A program made the position numbers and the translations under genes. Below, in pieces: positions 35,701 through 51,476 of a stretch of DNA of 64,000 nucleotides (positions are counted from its first letter, which is position 1; each line of letters begins with the position of its first letter). Source of the DNA: Eledone cirrhosa (Eukaryota); the NCBI GenBank assembly GCA_964016885.1, contig OZ024740.1, positions 141,856,001 through 141,920,000 of the forward strand, read 5' to 3'. A model generated the notes under the pieces. That model saw nothing but the letters and a program-made list of their open reading frames with translations. It was not told the DNA's origin and did not search any database.

Positions 35701-38700
35701 GTTGTATACCTATCTCACTCCTTGCCAACCGTTGTATACCTATCTCACTCCTTGCCAACCTCTGTATACCTATCTCACTCCTTGCCAACCACTGTATACC
35801 TATCTCACTCCTTGCCAACCACTGTATACCTATCTCACTCCATGCCAACCACTGTATACCTATCTCACTCCATGCCAACCGCTGTATACCTATCTCACTC
35901 CTTGCCAACCACTGTATACCTATCTCACTCCTTGCCAACCACTGTATACCTATCTCACTCCATGCCAACCGCTGTATACCTATCTCACTCCTTGCCAACC
36001 ACTGTATACCTATCTCACTCCATGCCAACCACTGTATACCTATCTCACTCCATGCCAACCGCTGTATACCTATCTCACTCCTTGCCAACCACTGTATACC
36101 TATCTCACTCCTTGCCAACCACTGTATACCTATCTCACTCCTTGCCAACCACTGTATACCTATCTCACTCCATGCCAACCGCTGTATACCTATCTCACTC
36201 CATGCCAACCACTGTATACCTATCTCACTCCTTCCCAACCACTGTATACCTATCTCACTCCATGGCAACCACTGTATACCTATCTCACTCCATGCCAACC
36301 GCTCTATACCTATCTCACTCCTTGCCAACCACTGTATACCTATCTCACTCCTTGCCAACCACTGTATACCTATCTCACTCCATGCCAACCGCTCTATACC
36401 TATCTCACTCCTTGCCAACCGTTGTATACTATCTCACTCCTTGCCAACCACTGTATACCTATCTCACTCCTTGCCAACCACTGTATACCTATCTCACTCC
36501 TTGCCAACCACTGTATACCTATCTCACTCCATGCCAACCACTGTATACCTATCTCTCTCCATGCCAACGGCTGTATACCTATCTCACTCCTTGCCAACCG
36601 CTCTATACCTATCTCACTCCATGCCAACCACTCTATACCTATCTCACTCCATGCCAACCACTCTATACCTATCTCACTCCATGCCAACCACTCTATATCT
36701 ATCTCACTCCATGCCAACCGCTGTATACCTATCTCACTCCATGCCAACCACTCTATACCTATCTCACTCCATGCCAACCGCTGTATACCTATCCTACTCC
36801 ATGCCAACCGCTGTATACCTATCTCACTCCATGCCAACCGCTGTATACCTATCTCACTCCATGCCAACCGCTGTATACCTATCTCACTCCATGCCAACCA
36901 CTGTATACCTATCTCACTCCTTGCCAACCGCTGTATACCTATCTCACTCCTTGCCAACCGCTGTATACCTATCTCTCTCCTTGCCAACCGCTGTATACCT
37001 ATCTCACTCCTTGCCAACCGCTGTATACCTATCTCACTCCTTGCCAACCGCTGTATACCTATCTCTCTCCTTGCCAACCGCTGTATACCTATCTCACTCC
37101 TTGCCAACCGCTGTATACCTATCTCTCTCCTTGCCAACCGCTGTATACCTATCTCACTCCTTGCCAACCGCTGTATACCTATCTCACTCCTTGCCAACCG
37201 CTGTATACCTATCTCTCTCCTTGCCAACCGCTGTATACCTATCTCACTCCTTGCCAACCGCTGTATACCTATCTCTCTCCTTGCCAACCGCTGTATACCT
37301 ATCTCACTCCTTGCCAACCGCTGTATACCTATCTCACTCCTTGCCAACCGCTGTATACCTATCTCACTCCTTGCCAACCGCTGTATACCTATCTCACTCC
37401 TTGCCAACCGCTGTATACCTATCTCACTCCATGCCAACCGCTGTATACCTATCTCACTCCTTGCCAACCGCTGTATACCTATCTCACACCTTGCCAACCG
37501 CTCTATACCTATCTCACTCCTTGCCAACCACTGTATACCTATCTCGCTCCTTGCCAACCACTGTATACCTATCTCACTCCATGCCAACCGCTCTATACCT
37601 ATCTCTCTCCATGCCAACCGCTGTATACCTATCTCACTCCTTGCCAACGGCTGTATACCTATCTCACTCTTGCCAACCGCTGTATACCTATGTCACTCCT
37701 TGCCAACCACTGTATACCTATCTCACTCCTTGCCAACCGCTGTATACCTATCTCACTCCATGCCAACCGCTCTATACCTATCTCACTCCATGCCAACCGC
37801 TGTATACCTATCTCACTCCTTGCCAACCGCTGTATACCTATCTCACTCCTTGCCAACCGCTGTATACCTATCTCACTCCTTGCCAACCGCTGTATACCTA
37901 TCTCACTCCATGCCAACCGCTGTATACCTATCTCACTCCTTGCCAACCGCTGTATACCTATCTCACTCCTTGCCAACCGCTGTATACCTATCTCACTCCT
38001 TGCCAACCGCTGTATACCTATCTCACTCCATGCCAACCGCTCTATACCTATCTCACTCCTTGCCAACCACTGTATACCTATCTCACTCCTTGCCAACCAC
38101 TGTATACCTATCTCACTCCATGCCAACCGCTGTATACCTATCTCACTCCTTGCCAACCGCTGTATACCTATCTCACTCCTTGCCAACCGCTGTATACCTA
38201 TCTCACTCCATGCCAACCGCTCTATACCTATCTCACTCCTTGCCAACCACTGTATACCTATCTCACTCCTTGCCAACCACTGTATACCTATCTCACTCCA
38301 TGCCAACCGCTGTATACCTATCTCACTCCTTGCCAACCACTGTATACCTATCTCACTCCATGCCAACCACTGTATACCTATCTCACTCCATGCCAACCGC
38401 TGTATACCTATCTCACTCCATGCCAACCGCTTTATACCTATCTCACTCCATGCCAACCGCTGTATACCTATCTCACTCCTTGCCAACCGCTGTATACCTA
38501 TCTCACTCCTTGCCAACCACTGTATACCTATCTCACTCCATGCCAACCACTGTATACCTATCTCACTCCATGCCAACCGCTGTATACCTATCTCACTCCA
38601 TGCCAACCGCTTTATACCTATCTCACTCCATGCCAACCACTGTATACCTATCTCACTCCATGCCAACCACTGTATACATATCTCACTCCATGCCAACCGC

Positions 38701-41700
38701 TGTATACCTATCTCACTCCATGCCAACCGCTTTATACCTATCTCACTCCATGCCAACCGCTGTATACATATCTCACTCCATGCCAACCGCTGTATACCTA
38801 TCTCACTCCTTGCCAACCGTTGTATACCTATCTCACTCCTTGCCAACCACTGTATACCTATCTCACTCCTTGCCAACCACTGTATACCTATCTCACTCCT
38901 TGCCAACCACTGTATACCTATCTCACTCCATGCCAACCACTGTATACCTATCTCTCTCCATGCCAACCGCTGTATACCTATCTCACTCCTTGCCAACCGC
39001 TCTATACCTATCTCACTCCTTGCCAACCACTGTATACCTATCTCACTCCTTGCCAACCACTGTATACCTATCTCACTCCATGCCAACCACTGTATACCTA
39101 TCTCACTCCATGCCAACCGCTGTATACCTATCTCACTCCTTGCCAACCGTTGTATACCTATCTCACTCCTTGCCAACCACTGTATACCTATCTCACTCCT
39201 TGCCAACCACTGTATACCTATCTCACTCCTTGCCAACCACTGTATACCTATCTCACTCCATGCCAACCACTGTATACCTATCTCTCTCCATGCCAACCGC
39301 TGTATACCTATCTCACTCCTTGCCAACCGCTCTATACCTATCTCACTCCATGCCAACCACTCTATACCTATCTCACTCCATGCCAACCACTGTATACTTA
39401 TCTCACTCCATGCCAACCACTGTATACCTATCTCACTCCTTGCCAACCACTGTATACCTATCTCACTCCTTGCCAACCACTGTATACCTATCTCACTCCA
39501 TGCCAACCACTGTATACCTATCTCTCTCCATGCCAACCGCTGTATACCTATCTCACTCCTTGCCAACCGCTCTATACCTATCTCACTCCATGCCAACCAC
39601 TCTATACCTATCTCACTCCATGCCAACCACTGTATACTTATCTCACTCCATGCCAACCACTGTATACCTATCTCACTCCTTGCCAACCACTGTATACCTA
39701 TCTCACTCCATGCCAACCACTGTATACCTATCTCACTCCATGCCAACCGCTGTATACCTATCTCACTCCTTGCCAACCGTTGTATACCTATCTCACTCCT
39801 TGCCAACCACTGTATACCTATCTCACTCCTTGCCAACCACTGTATACCTATCTCACTCCTTGCCAACCACTGTATACCTATCTCACTCCATGCCAACCAC
39901 TGTATACCTATCTCTCTCCATGCCAACCGCTGTATACCTATCTCACTCCTTGCCAACCGCTCTATACCTATCTCACTCCATGCCAACCACTCTATACCTA
40001 TCTCACTCCTTGCCAACCACTGTATACCTATCTCACTCCATGCCAACCGCTGTATACCTATCTCACTCCATGCCAACCGCTGTATACCTATCTCACTCCA
40101 TGCCAACCGCTGTATACCTATCTCACTCCTTGCCAACCGCTGTATACCTATCTCACTCCTTGCCAACCGCTGTATACCTATCTCACTCCATGCCAACGGC
40201 TGTATACCTATCTCACTCCATGCCAACCGCTGAATACCTATCTCACTCCTTGCCAACCGCTGTATACCTATCTCACTCCATGCCAACCGCTGTATACCTA
40301 TCTCACTCCTTGCCAACCGCTGTATACCTATCTCACTCCATGCCAACCGCTGTATACCTATCTCACTCCATGCCAACCGCTGTATACCTATCTCACTCCT
40401 TGCCAACCGCTGTATACCTATCTCACTCCTTGCCAACCGCTGTATACCTATCTCACTCCATGCCAACGGCTGTATACCTATCTCACTCCATGCCAACGGC
40501 TGAATACCTATCTCACTCCTTGCCAACCGCTGTATACCTATCTCACTCCATGCCAACCGCTGTATACCTATCTCACTCCTTGCCAACCGCTGTATACCTA
40601 TCTCACTCCATGCCAACCGCTGTATACCTATCTCACTCCTTGCCAACCGCTGTATACCTATCTCACACCTTGCCAACCGCTCTATACCTATCTCTCTCCA
40701 TGCCAACCACTGTATACCTATCTCACTCCTTGCCAACCGTTGTATACCTATCTCACTCCTTGCCAACCACTGTATACCTATCTCACTCCTTGCCAACCAC
40801 TGTATACCTATCTCACTCCATGCCAACCGCTCTATACCTATCTCTCTCCATGCCAACCGCTGTATACCTATCTCACTCCTTGCCAACGGCTGTATACCTA
40901 TCTCACTCCTTGCCAACCGCTGTATACCTATGTCACTCCTTGCCAACCACTGTATACCTATCTCACTCCTTGCCAACCACTGTATACCTATCTCACTCCT
41001 TGCCAACCACTGTATACCTATCTCACTCCATGCCAACCGCTCTATACCTATCTCTCTCCATGCCAACCGCTGTATACCTATCTCACTCCTTGCCAACGGC
41101 TGTATACCTATCTCACTCCTTGCCAACCGCTGTATACCTATGTCACTCCTTGCCAACCACTGTATACCTATCTCACTCCTTGCCAACCACTGTATACCTA
41201 TCTCACTCCTTGCCAACCGCTGTATACCTATCTCACTCCTTGCCAACCGCTGTATACCTATCTCATTCCATGCCAACTGCTCTATACCTATCTCACTCCA
41301 TGCCAACCGCTGTATACCTATCTCACTCCTTGCCAACGGCTGTATACCTATCTCTCTCCATGCCAACCTCTGTATACCTATCTCACTCCATGCCAACCCC
41401 TGTATACCTATCTCACTCCTTGCCAACGGCTGTATACCTATCTCACTCCATGCCAACCACTGTATACCTATCTCACTCCATGCCAACCGCTGTATACCTA
41501 TCTCACTCCTTGCCAACCGTTGTATACCTATTTCACTCCATGCCAACGGCTGTATACCTATCTCACTCCTTGCCAACCGCTGTATACCTATCTCACTCCT
41601 TGCCAACCGCTCTATACCTATCTCACTCCTTGCCAACCACTGTATACCTATCTCACTCCTTGCCAACCACTGTATACCTATCTCACTCCATGCCAACCAC

Positions 41701-44700
41701 TGTATACCTATCTCACTCCATGCCAACCGCTGTATACCTATCTCACTCCTTGCCAACCGTTGTATACCTATCTCACTCCTTGCCAACCGCTGTATACCTA
41801 TCTCACTCCTTGCCAACCACTGTATACCTATCTCACTCCATGCCAACCACTGTATACCTATGTCACTCCATGCCAACCGCTGTATACCTATCTCACTCCT
41901 TGCCAACCGTTGTATACCTATCTCACTCCTTGCCAACCGCTGTATACCTATCTCACTCCTTGCCAACCACTGTATACCTATCTCACTCCATGCCAACCAC
42001 TGTATACCTATCTCACTCCATGCCAACCGCTGTATACCTATCTCACTCCTTGCCAACCGTTGTATACCTATCTCACTCCTTGCCAACCACTGTATACCTA
42101 TCTCACTCCTTGCCAACCACTGTATACCTATCTCACTCCTTGCCAACCACTGTATACCTATCTCACTCCATGCCAACCACTGTATACCTATCTCTCTCCA
42201 TGCCAACCGCTGTATACCTATCTCACTCCTTGCCAACCGCTCTATACCTATCTCACTCCTTGCCAACCACTGTATACCTATCTCACTCCTTGCCAACCAC
42301 TGTATACCTATCTCACTCCATGCCAACCACTGTATACCTATCTCACTCCATGCCAACCGCTGTATACCTATGTCACTCCTTGCCAACCGTTGTATACCTA
42401 TCTCACTCCTTGCCAACCACTGTATACCTATCTCACTCCTTGCCAACCACTGTATACCTATCTCACTCCTTGCCAACCACTGTATACCTATCTCACTCCA
42501 TGCCAACCACTGTATACCTATCTCTCTCCATGCCAACCGCTGTATACCTATCTCACTCCTTGCCAACCGCTCTATACCTATCTCACTCCATGCCAACCAC
42601 TCTATATCTATCTCACTCCATGCCAACCGCTGTATACCTATCTCACTCCATGCCAACCACTCTATACCTATCTCACTCCATGCCAACCGCTGTATACCTA
42701 TCTCACTCCATGCCAACCGCTGTATACCTATCTCTCTCCATGCCAACCACTGTATACCTATCTCACTCCATGCCAACCACTGTATACCTATCTCACTCCA
42801 TGCCAACCACTGTATACTTATCTCACTCCATGCCAACCGCTGTATACCTATCTCACTCCATGCCAACCGCTGTATACCTATCCTACTCCATGCCAACCGC
42901 TGTATACCTATCTCACTCCATGCCAACCGCTGTATACCTATCTCACTCCATGCCAACCGCTGTATACCTATCTCACTCCATGCCAACCGCTGTATACCTA
43001 TCTCACTCCTTGCCAACCGCTGTATACCTATCTCACTCCTTGCCAACCGCTGTATACCTATCTCACTCCATGCCAACGGCTGTATACCTATCTCACTCCA
43101 TGCCAACCGCTGAATACCTATCTCACTCCTTGCCAACCGCTGTATACCTATCTCACTCCATGCCAACCGCTGTATACCTATCTCACTCCTTGCCAACCGC
43201 TGTATACCTATCTCACTCCATGCCAACCGCTGTATACCTATCTCACTCCTTGCCAACCGCTGTATACCTATCTCACACCTTGCCAACCGCTCTATACCTA
43301 TCTCACTCCTTGCCAACCACTGTATACCTATCTCACTCCTTGCCAACCACTGTATACCTATCTCACTCCATGCCAACCGCTCTATACCTATCTCTCTCCA
43401 TGCCAACCGCTGTATACCTATCTCACTCCTTGCCAACCGCTGTATACCTATGTCACTCCTTGCCAACCACTGTATACCTATCTCACTCCTTGCCAACCGC
43501 TGTATACCTATCTCACTCCATGCCAACCGCTCTATACCTATCTCACTCCATGCCAACCGCTGTATACCTATCTCACTCCTTGCCAACCGCTGTATACCTA
43601 TCTCACTCCTTGCCAACCGCTGTATACCTATCTCACTCCTTGCCAACCGCTGTATACCTATCTCACTCCTTGCCAACCGCTGTATACCTATCTCACTCCT
43701 TGCCAACCGCTGTATACCTATCTCACTCCATGCCAACTGCTCTATACCTATCTCACTCCATGCCAACCGCTGTATACCTATCTCACTCCTTGCCACCGGC
43801 TGTATACCTATCTCTCTCCATGCCAACCTCTGTATACCTATCTCACTCCATGCCAACCCCTGTATACCTATCTCACTCCTTGCCAACGGCTGTATACCTA
43901 TCTCACTCCATGCCAACCACTGTATACCTATCTCACTCCATGCCAACCGCTCTATACCTATCTCACTCCTTGCCAACCACTGTATACCTATCTCACTCCA
44001 TGCCAACCGCTGTATACCTATCTCACTCCATGCCAACCACTGTATACCTATCTCACTCCATGCCAACCACTGTATACCTATCTCACTCCATGCCAACCGC
44101 TGTATACCTATCTCACTCCATGCCAACCACTGTATACCTATCTCACTCCATGCCAACCGCTGTATACCTATCTCACTCCATGCCAACCACTGTATACCTA
44201 TCTCACTCCTTGCCAACCGCTGTATACCTATCTCACTCCATGCCAACCACTGTATACCTATCTCACTCCATGCCAACCGCTGTATACCTATCTCACTCCA
44301 TGCCAACCACTGTATACCTATCGCACTCCATGCCAACCGCTGTATACCTATCTCACTCCATGCCAACCACTGTATACCTATCTCACTCCATGCCAACCGC
44401 TGTATACCTATCTCACTCCATGCCAACCACTGTATACCTATCTCACTCCATGCCAACCGCTGTATACCTATCTCACTCCATGCCAACCACTGTATACCTA
44501 TCTCACTCCTTGCCAACCGCTGTATACCTATGTCACTCCATGCCAACCACTGTATACCTATGTCACTCCATGCCAACCGCTGTATACCTATGTCACTCCA
44601 TGCCAACCACTGTATACCTATCTCACTCCATGCCAACCGCTGTATACCTATCTCACTCCATGCCAACCACTGTATACCTATCTCACTCCTTGCCAACCGC

Positions 44701-47700
44701 TGTATACCTATGTCACTCCATGCCAACCACTGTATACCTATGTCACTCCATGCCAACCGCTGTATACCTATGTCACTCCATGCCAACCACTGTATACCTA
44801 TCTCACTCCATGCCAACCGCTGTATACCTATCTCACTCCTTGCCAACCGCTGTATACCTATCTCACTCCATGCCAACCACTGTATACCTATCTCACTCCT
44901 TGCCAACCACTGTATACCTATCTCACTCCATGCCAACCGCTGTATACCTATCTCACTCCTTGCCAACCGCTCTATACCTATCTCACTCCTTGCCAACCGC
45001 TGTATACCTATCTCACTCCTTGCCAACCGCTGTATACCTATCTCACTCCTTGCCAACCGCTGTATACCTATCTCACTCCTTGCCAACCGCTGTATACCTA
45101 TCTCACTCCATGCCAACCGCTGTATACCTATCTCACTCCTTGCCAACCGCTGTATACCTATCTCACTCCTTGCCAACCGCTGTATACCTATCTCACTCCT
45201 TGCCAACCGCTCTATACCTATCTCACTCCTTGCCAACCACTGTATACCTATCTCACTCCATGCCAACCGCTGTATACCTATCTCACTCCATGCCAACCGC
45301 TGTATACCTATCTCACTCCATGCCAACCGCTGTATACCTATCTCACTCCATGCCAACCACTGTATACCTATCTCACTCCATGCCAACCGCTGTATACCTA
45401 TCTCACTCCTTGCCAACCGCTGTATACCTATCTCACTCCATGCCAACCACTGTATACCTATCTCACTCCATGCCAACCGCTGTATACCTATCTCACTCCT
45501 TGCCAACCGCTGTATACCTATGTCACTCCTTGCCAACCACTGTATACCTATCTCACTCCTTGCCAACCGCTCTATACCTATCTCACTCCATGCCAACCGC
45601 TCTATACCTATCTCACTCCTTGCCAACCACTGTATACCTATCTCACTCCATGCCAACCACTGTATACCTATCTCACTCCATGCCAACCACTGTATACCTA
45701 TCTCACTCCATGCCAACCACTGTATACCTATCTCACTCCATGCCAACCACTGTATACCTATCTCACTCCATGCCAACCGCTGTATACCTATCTCACTCCT
45801 TGCCAACCGCTGTATACCTATGTCACTCCTTGCCAACCACTGTATACCTATCTCACTCCTTGCCAACCGCTCTATACCTATCTCACTCCATGCCAACCGC
45901 TCTATACCTATCTCACTCCTTGCCAACCACTGTATACCTATCTCACTCCATGCCAACCGCTGTATACCTATCTCACTCCTTGCCAACCGCTGTATACCTA
46001 TCTCACTCCATGCCAACCACTGTATACCTATCTCACTCCATGCCAACCGCTGTATACCTATCTCACTCCTTGCCAACCGCTGTATACCTATGTCACTCCT
46101 TGCCAACCACTGTATACCTATCTCACTCCTTGCCAACCGCTCTATACCTATCTCACTCCATGCCAACCGCTCTATACCTATCTCACTCCTTGCCAACCAC
46201 TGTATACCTATCTCACTCCATGCCAACCACTGTATACCTATCTCACTCCATGCCAACCACTGTATACCTATCTCACTCCATGCCAACCACTGTATACCTA
46301 TCTCACTCCATGCCAACCACTGTATACCTATCTCACTCCATGCCAACCGCTGTATACCTATCTCACTCCTTGCCAACCGCTGTATACCTATGTCACTCCT
46401 TGCCAACCACTGTATACCTATCTCACTCCTTGCCAACCGCTCTATACCTATCTCACTCCATGCCAACCGCTCTATACCTATCTCACTCCTTGCCAACCAC
46501 TGTATACCTATCTCACTCCATGCCAACCGCTGTATACCTATCTCACTCCATGCCAACCACTGTATACCTATCTCACTCCATGCCAACCACTGTATACCTA
46601 TCTCACTCCATGCCAACCACTGTATACCTATCTCACTCCATGCCAACCACTGTATACCTATCTCACTCCATGCCAACCGCTGTATACCTATCTCACTCCA
46701 TGCCAACCGCTGTATACCTATCTCACTCCTTGCCAACCGCTGTATACCTATCTCACTCCTTGCCAACCACTGTATACCTATCTCACTCCTTGCCAACCGC
46801 TGTATACCTATCTCACTCCTTGCCAACCGCTCTATACCTATCTCACTCCTTGCCAACCACTGTATACCTATCTCACTCCATGCCAACCGCTGTATACCTA
46901 TCTCACTCCATGCCAACCGCTCTATACCTATCTCACTCCATGCCAACCGCTGTATACCTATCTCACTCCATGCCAACCACTGTATACCTATCTCACTCCT
47001 TGCCAACCGCTGTACACCTATCTCACTCCTTGCCAACCGCTGTATACCTATCTCACTCCTTGCCAACCGCTGTATACCTATCTCACTCCATGCCAACCAC
47101 TGTATACCTATCTCACTCCTTGCCAACCGCTCTATACCTATCTCACTCCATGCCAACCGCTGTATACCTATCTCACTCCATGCCAACCACTGTATACCTA
47201 TCTCACTCCTTGCCAACCGCTGTATACCTATCTCACTCCATGCCAACCACTGTATACCTATCTCACTCCATGCCAACCGCTGTATACCTATCTCACTCCA
47301 TGCCAACCACTGTATACCTATCTCACTCCTTGCCAACCGCTGTATACCTATCTCACTCCTTGCCAACCGCTCTATACCTATCTCACTCCATGCCAACCAC
47401 TGTATACCTATCTCACTCCATGCCAACCGCTCTATACCTATCTCACTCCTTGCCAACCACTGTATACCTATCTCACTCCATGCCAACCGCTGTATACCTA
47501 TCTCACTCCATGCCAACCGCTCTATACCTATCTCTCTCCATGCCAACCGCTGTATACCTATCTCACTCCATGCCAACCACTGTATACCTATCTCACTCCA
47601 TGCCAACCACTGTATACCTATCTCACTCCATGCCAACCACTGTATACCTATCTCACTCCATGCCAACCGCTGTATACCTATCTCACTCCATGCCAACCAC

Positions 47701-50700
47701 TGTATACCTATCTCACTCCATGCCAACCACTGTATACCTATCTCACTCCATGCCAACCACTGTATACCTATCTCACTCCATGCCAACCGCTGTATACCTA
47801 TCTCTCTCCATGCCAACCCCTGTATACCTATCTCACTCCATGCCAACCACTGTATACCTATCTCACTCCATGCCAACCGCTCTATACCTATCTCTCTCCA
47901 TGCCAACCCCTGTATACCTATCTCACTCCATGCCAACCGCTGTATACCTATCTCACTCCATGCTAACCGCTGTATACCTATCTCACTCCATGCCAACCAC
48001 TGTATACCTATCTCTCTCCATCCCAACCGCTGTATACCTATCTCACTCCATGCCAACCGCTGTATACCTATCTCACTCCATGCCAACCGCTGTATACCTA
48101 TCTCACTCCATGCCAACCGCTGTATACCTATCTCACTCCATGCCAACCGCTGTATACCTATCTCTCTCCATGCCAACCACTGTATACCCATCTCTCTCCA
48201 TCCCAACCGCTGTATACCTATCTCACTCCATGCCAACCGCTGTATACCTGTCTCACTCCATGCCAACCGCTGTATACCTATCTCTCTCCATGCCAACCCC
48301 TGTATACCTATCTCACTCCATGCCAACCACTGTATACCTATCTCACTGCATGCCAACCGCTCTATACCTATCTCTCTCCATGCCAACCCCTGTATACCTA
48401 TCTCACTCCATGCCAACCGCTGTATACCTATCTCACTCCATGCCAACCGCTGTATACCTATCTCACTCCATGCCAACCGCTGTATACCTATCTCTCTCCA
48501 TGCCAACCACTGTATACCTATCTCTCTCCATCCCAACTGCTGTATACCTATCTCACTCCATGCCAACCGCTGTATACCTATCTCACTCCATGCCAACCGC
48601 TGTATACCTATCTCACTCCATGCCAACCGCTGTATACCTATCTCACTCCATGCCAACCGCTGTATACCTATCTCTCTCCATGCCAACCACTGTATACCTA
48701 TCTCTCTCCATCCCAACCGCTGTATACCTATCTCACTCCATGCCAACCGCTGTATACCTATCTCACTCCATGCCAACCGCTGTATACCTATCTCACTCCA
48801 TGCCAACCGCTGTACACCTATCTCACTCCATGCCAACCGCTGTATACCTATCTCTCTCCATGCCAACCACTGTATACCTATCTCTCTCCATGCCAACCGC
48901 TGTATACCTATCTCACTCCATGCCAACCGCTGTATACCTATCTCTCTCCATGCCAACCCCTGTATACCTATCTCACTCCATGCCAACCGCTGTATACCTA
49001 TCTCACTCCATGCCAACCGCTGTATACCTATCTCTCTCCATGCCAACCCCTGTATACCTATCTCACTCCATGCCAACCGCTGTATACCTATCTCTCTCCA
49101 TCCCAACCGCTGTATACCTATCTCACTCCATGCCAACCGCTGTATACCTATCTCACTCCATGCCAACCGCTGTATACCTATCTCTCTCCATGCCAACCAC
49201 TGTATACCTATCTCTCTCCATCCCAACCGCTGTATACCTATCTCACTCCATGCCAACCGCTGTATACCTATCTCTCTCCATGCCAACGGCTGTATACCTA
49301 TCTCACTCCATGCCAACCGCTGTATACCTATCTCACTCCATGCCAACCACTGTATACCTATCTCACTCCATGCCAACCGCTGTATACCTATCTCACTCCA
49401 TGCCAACCGCTGTATACCTATCTCACTCCATGCCAACCACTGTATACCTATCTCACTCCATGCCAACCGCTGTATACCTATCTCTCTCCATGCCAACGGC
49501 TGTATACCTATCTCACTCCATGCCAACCGCTGTATACCTATCTCACTCCATGCCAACCGCTGTATACCTATCTCACTCCATGCCAACCGCTGTATACCTA
49601 TCTCACTCCATGCCAACCGCTGTATACCTATCTCTCTCCATGCCAACGGCTGTATACCTATCTCACTCCATGCCAACCGCTGTATACCTATCTCACTCCA
49701 TGCCAACCACTGTATACCTATCTCACTCCATGCCAACCGCTGTATACCTATCTCACTCCATGCCAACCGCTGTATACCTATCTCTCTCCATGCCAACCAC
49801 TGTATACCTATCTCACTCCATGCCAACCACTGTATACCTATCTCACTCCATGCCAACCACTGTATACCTATCTCACTCCATGCCAACCGCTGTATACCTA
49901 TCTCACTCCATGCCAACCGCTGTATACCTATCTCTCTCCATGCCAACGGCTGTATACCTATCTCACTCCATGCCAACCGCTGTATACCTATCTCACTCCA
50001 TGCCAACCACTGTATACCTATCTCACTCCATGCCAACCGCTGTATACCTATCTCTCTCCTTGCCAACCACTGTATACCTATCTCACTCCATGCCAACCGC
50101 TCTATACCTATCTCTCTCCATGCCAACCACTGTATACCTATCTCACTCCATGCCAACCACTGTATACCTATCTCACTCCTTGCCAACCACTGTATACCTA
50201 TCTCACTCCATGCCAACCACTGTATACCTATCTCACTCCATGCCAACCACTGTATACCTATCTCACTCCTTGCCAACCACTGTATACCTATCTCACTCCA
50301 TGCCAACCACTGTATACCTATCTCACTCCTTGCCAACCACTGTATACCTATCTCACTCCTTGCCAACCGCTCTATACCTATCTCACTCCTTGCCAACCGC
50401 TGTATACCTATCTCACTCCTTGCCAACCACTGTATACCTATCTCACTCCTTGCCAACCGCTGTATACCTATCTCACTCCATGCCAACCACTGTATACCTA
50501 TCTCACTCCTTGCCAACCGCTGTATACCTATCTCACTCCTTGCCAACCACTGTATACCTATCTCACTCCTTGCCAACCACTGTATACCTATCTCACTCCA
50601 TGCCAACCACTGTATACCTATGTCACTCCTTGCCAACCACTGTATACCTATCTCACTCCTTGCCAACCACTGTATAGCTATCTCACTCCTTGCCAACCGC

Positions 50701-51476
50701 TCTATACCTATCTCACTCCTTGCCAACCGCTGTATACCTATCTCACTCCTTGCCAACCACTGTATACCTATCTCACTCCATGCCAACCACTGTATACCTA
50801 TCTCACTCCATGCCAACCGCTGTATACCTATCTCACTCCTTGCCAACCGCTGTATACCTATCTCACTCCATGCCAACCACTGTATACCTATCTCACTCCA
50901 TGCCAACCACTGTATACCTATCTCACTCCATGCCAACCACTGTATACCTATCTCACTCCATGCCAACCGCTGTATACCTATCTCACTCCTTGCCAACCAC
51001 TGTATACCTATCTCACTCCATGCCAACCACTGTATACCTATCTCACTCCATGCCAACCGCTGTATACCTATCTCACTCCTTGCCAACCGCTGTATACCTA
51101 TCTCACTCCATGCCAACCACTGTATACCTATCTCACTCCATGCCAACCACTGTATACCTATCTAACTCCATGCCAACCACTGTATACCTATCTCACTCCA
51201 TGCCAACCGCTGTATACCTATCTCACTCCTTGCCAACCACTGTATACCTATCTCACTCCATGCCAACCGCTGTATACCTATCTCACTCCTTGCCAACCAC
51301 TGTATACCTATCTCACTCCTTGCCAACCACTGTATACCTATCTCACTCCATGCCAACCGCTGTATACCTATCTCACTCCTTGCCAACCACTGTATACCTA
51401 TCTCACTCCATGCCATCCGCAAGTAGAAGGTGCTCATCTTAGACGTGTCAAATCTGATCTTTCTAAGCGCTGTTAA
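29732..51476 (+). CDS. Hypothetical giant (YTYLTPCQPL)n repeat protein; needs two frameshift corrections and has one in-frame TAA (47964-47966)
   Basis: ATG 29732 and acceptor AG 29847-29848 lead into the frame where the commonest array variants are synonymous; the frame closes at TAA 51474-51476. Confidence 0.25.
29854..51420 (+). repeat. 30-bp tandem satellite, ~720 units, consensus RCTGTATACCTATCTCACTCCWTGCCAACC
   Basis: Strict 30-nt period with only two 1-nt deletions (~36429, ~37669). Confidence 0.99.

Noticed and set aside
29854-51420. CRISPR array (30-bp repeats)
   Set aside because: Units are head-to-tail with no spacers; no cas genes; eukaryotic context.
29826-51437. Giant ORFs in the other frames (IPISLHANRC, MPTAVYLSHS, minus SEIGIQRLAW) and the 6981-aa ORF as literally translated
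   Set aside because: They are open only because the 30-mer lacks stops in those frames. Common variants are non-synonymous there, and the 6981-aa ORF drifts through three peptide registers at the indels.
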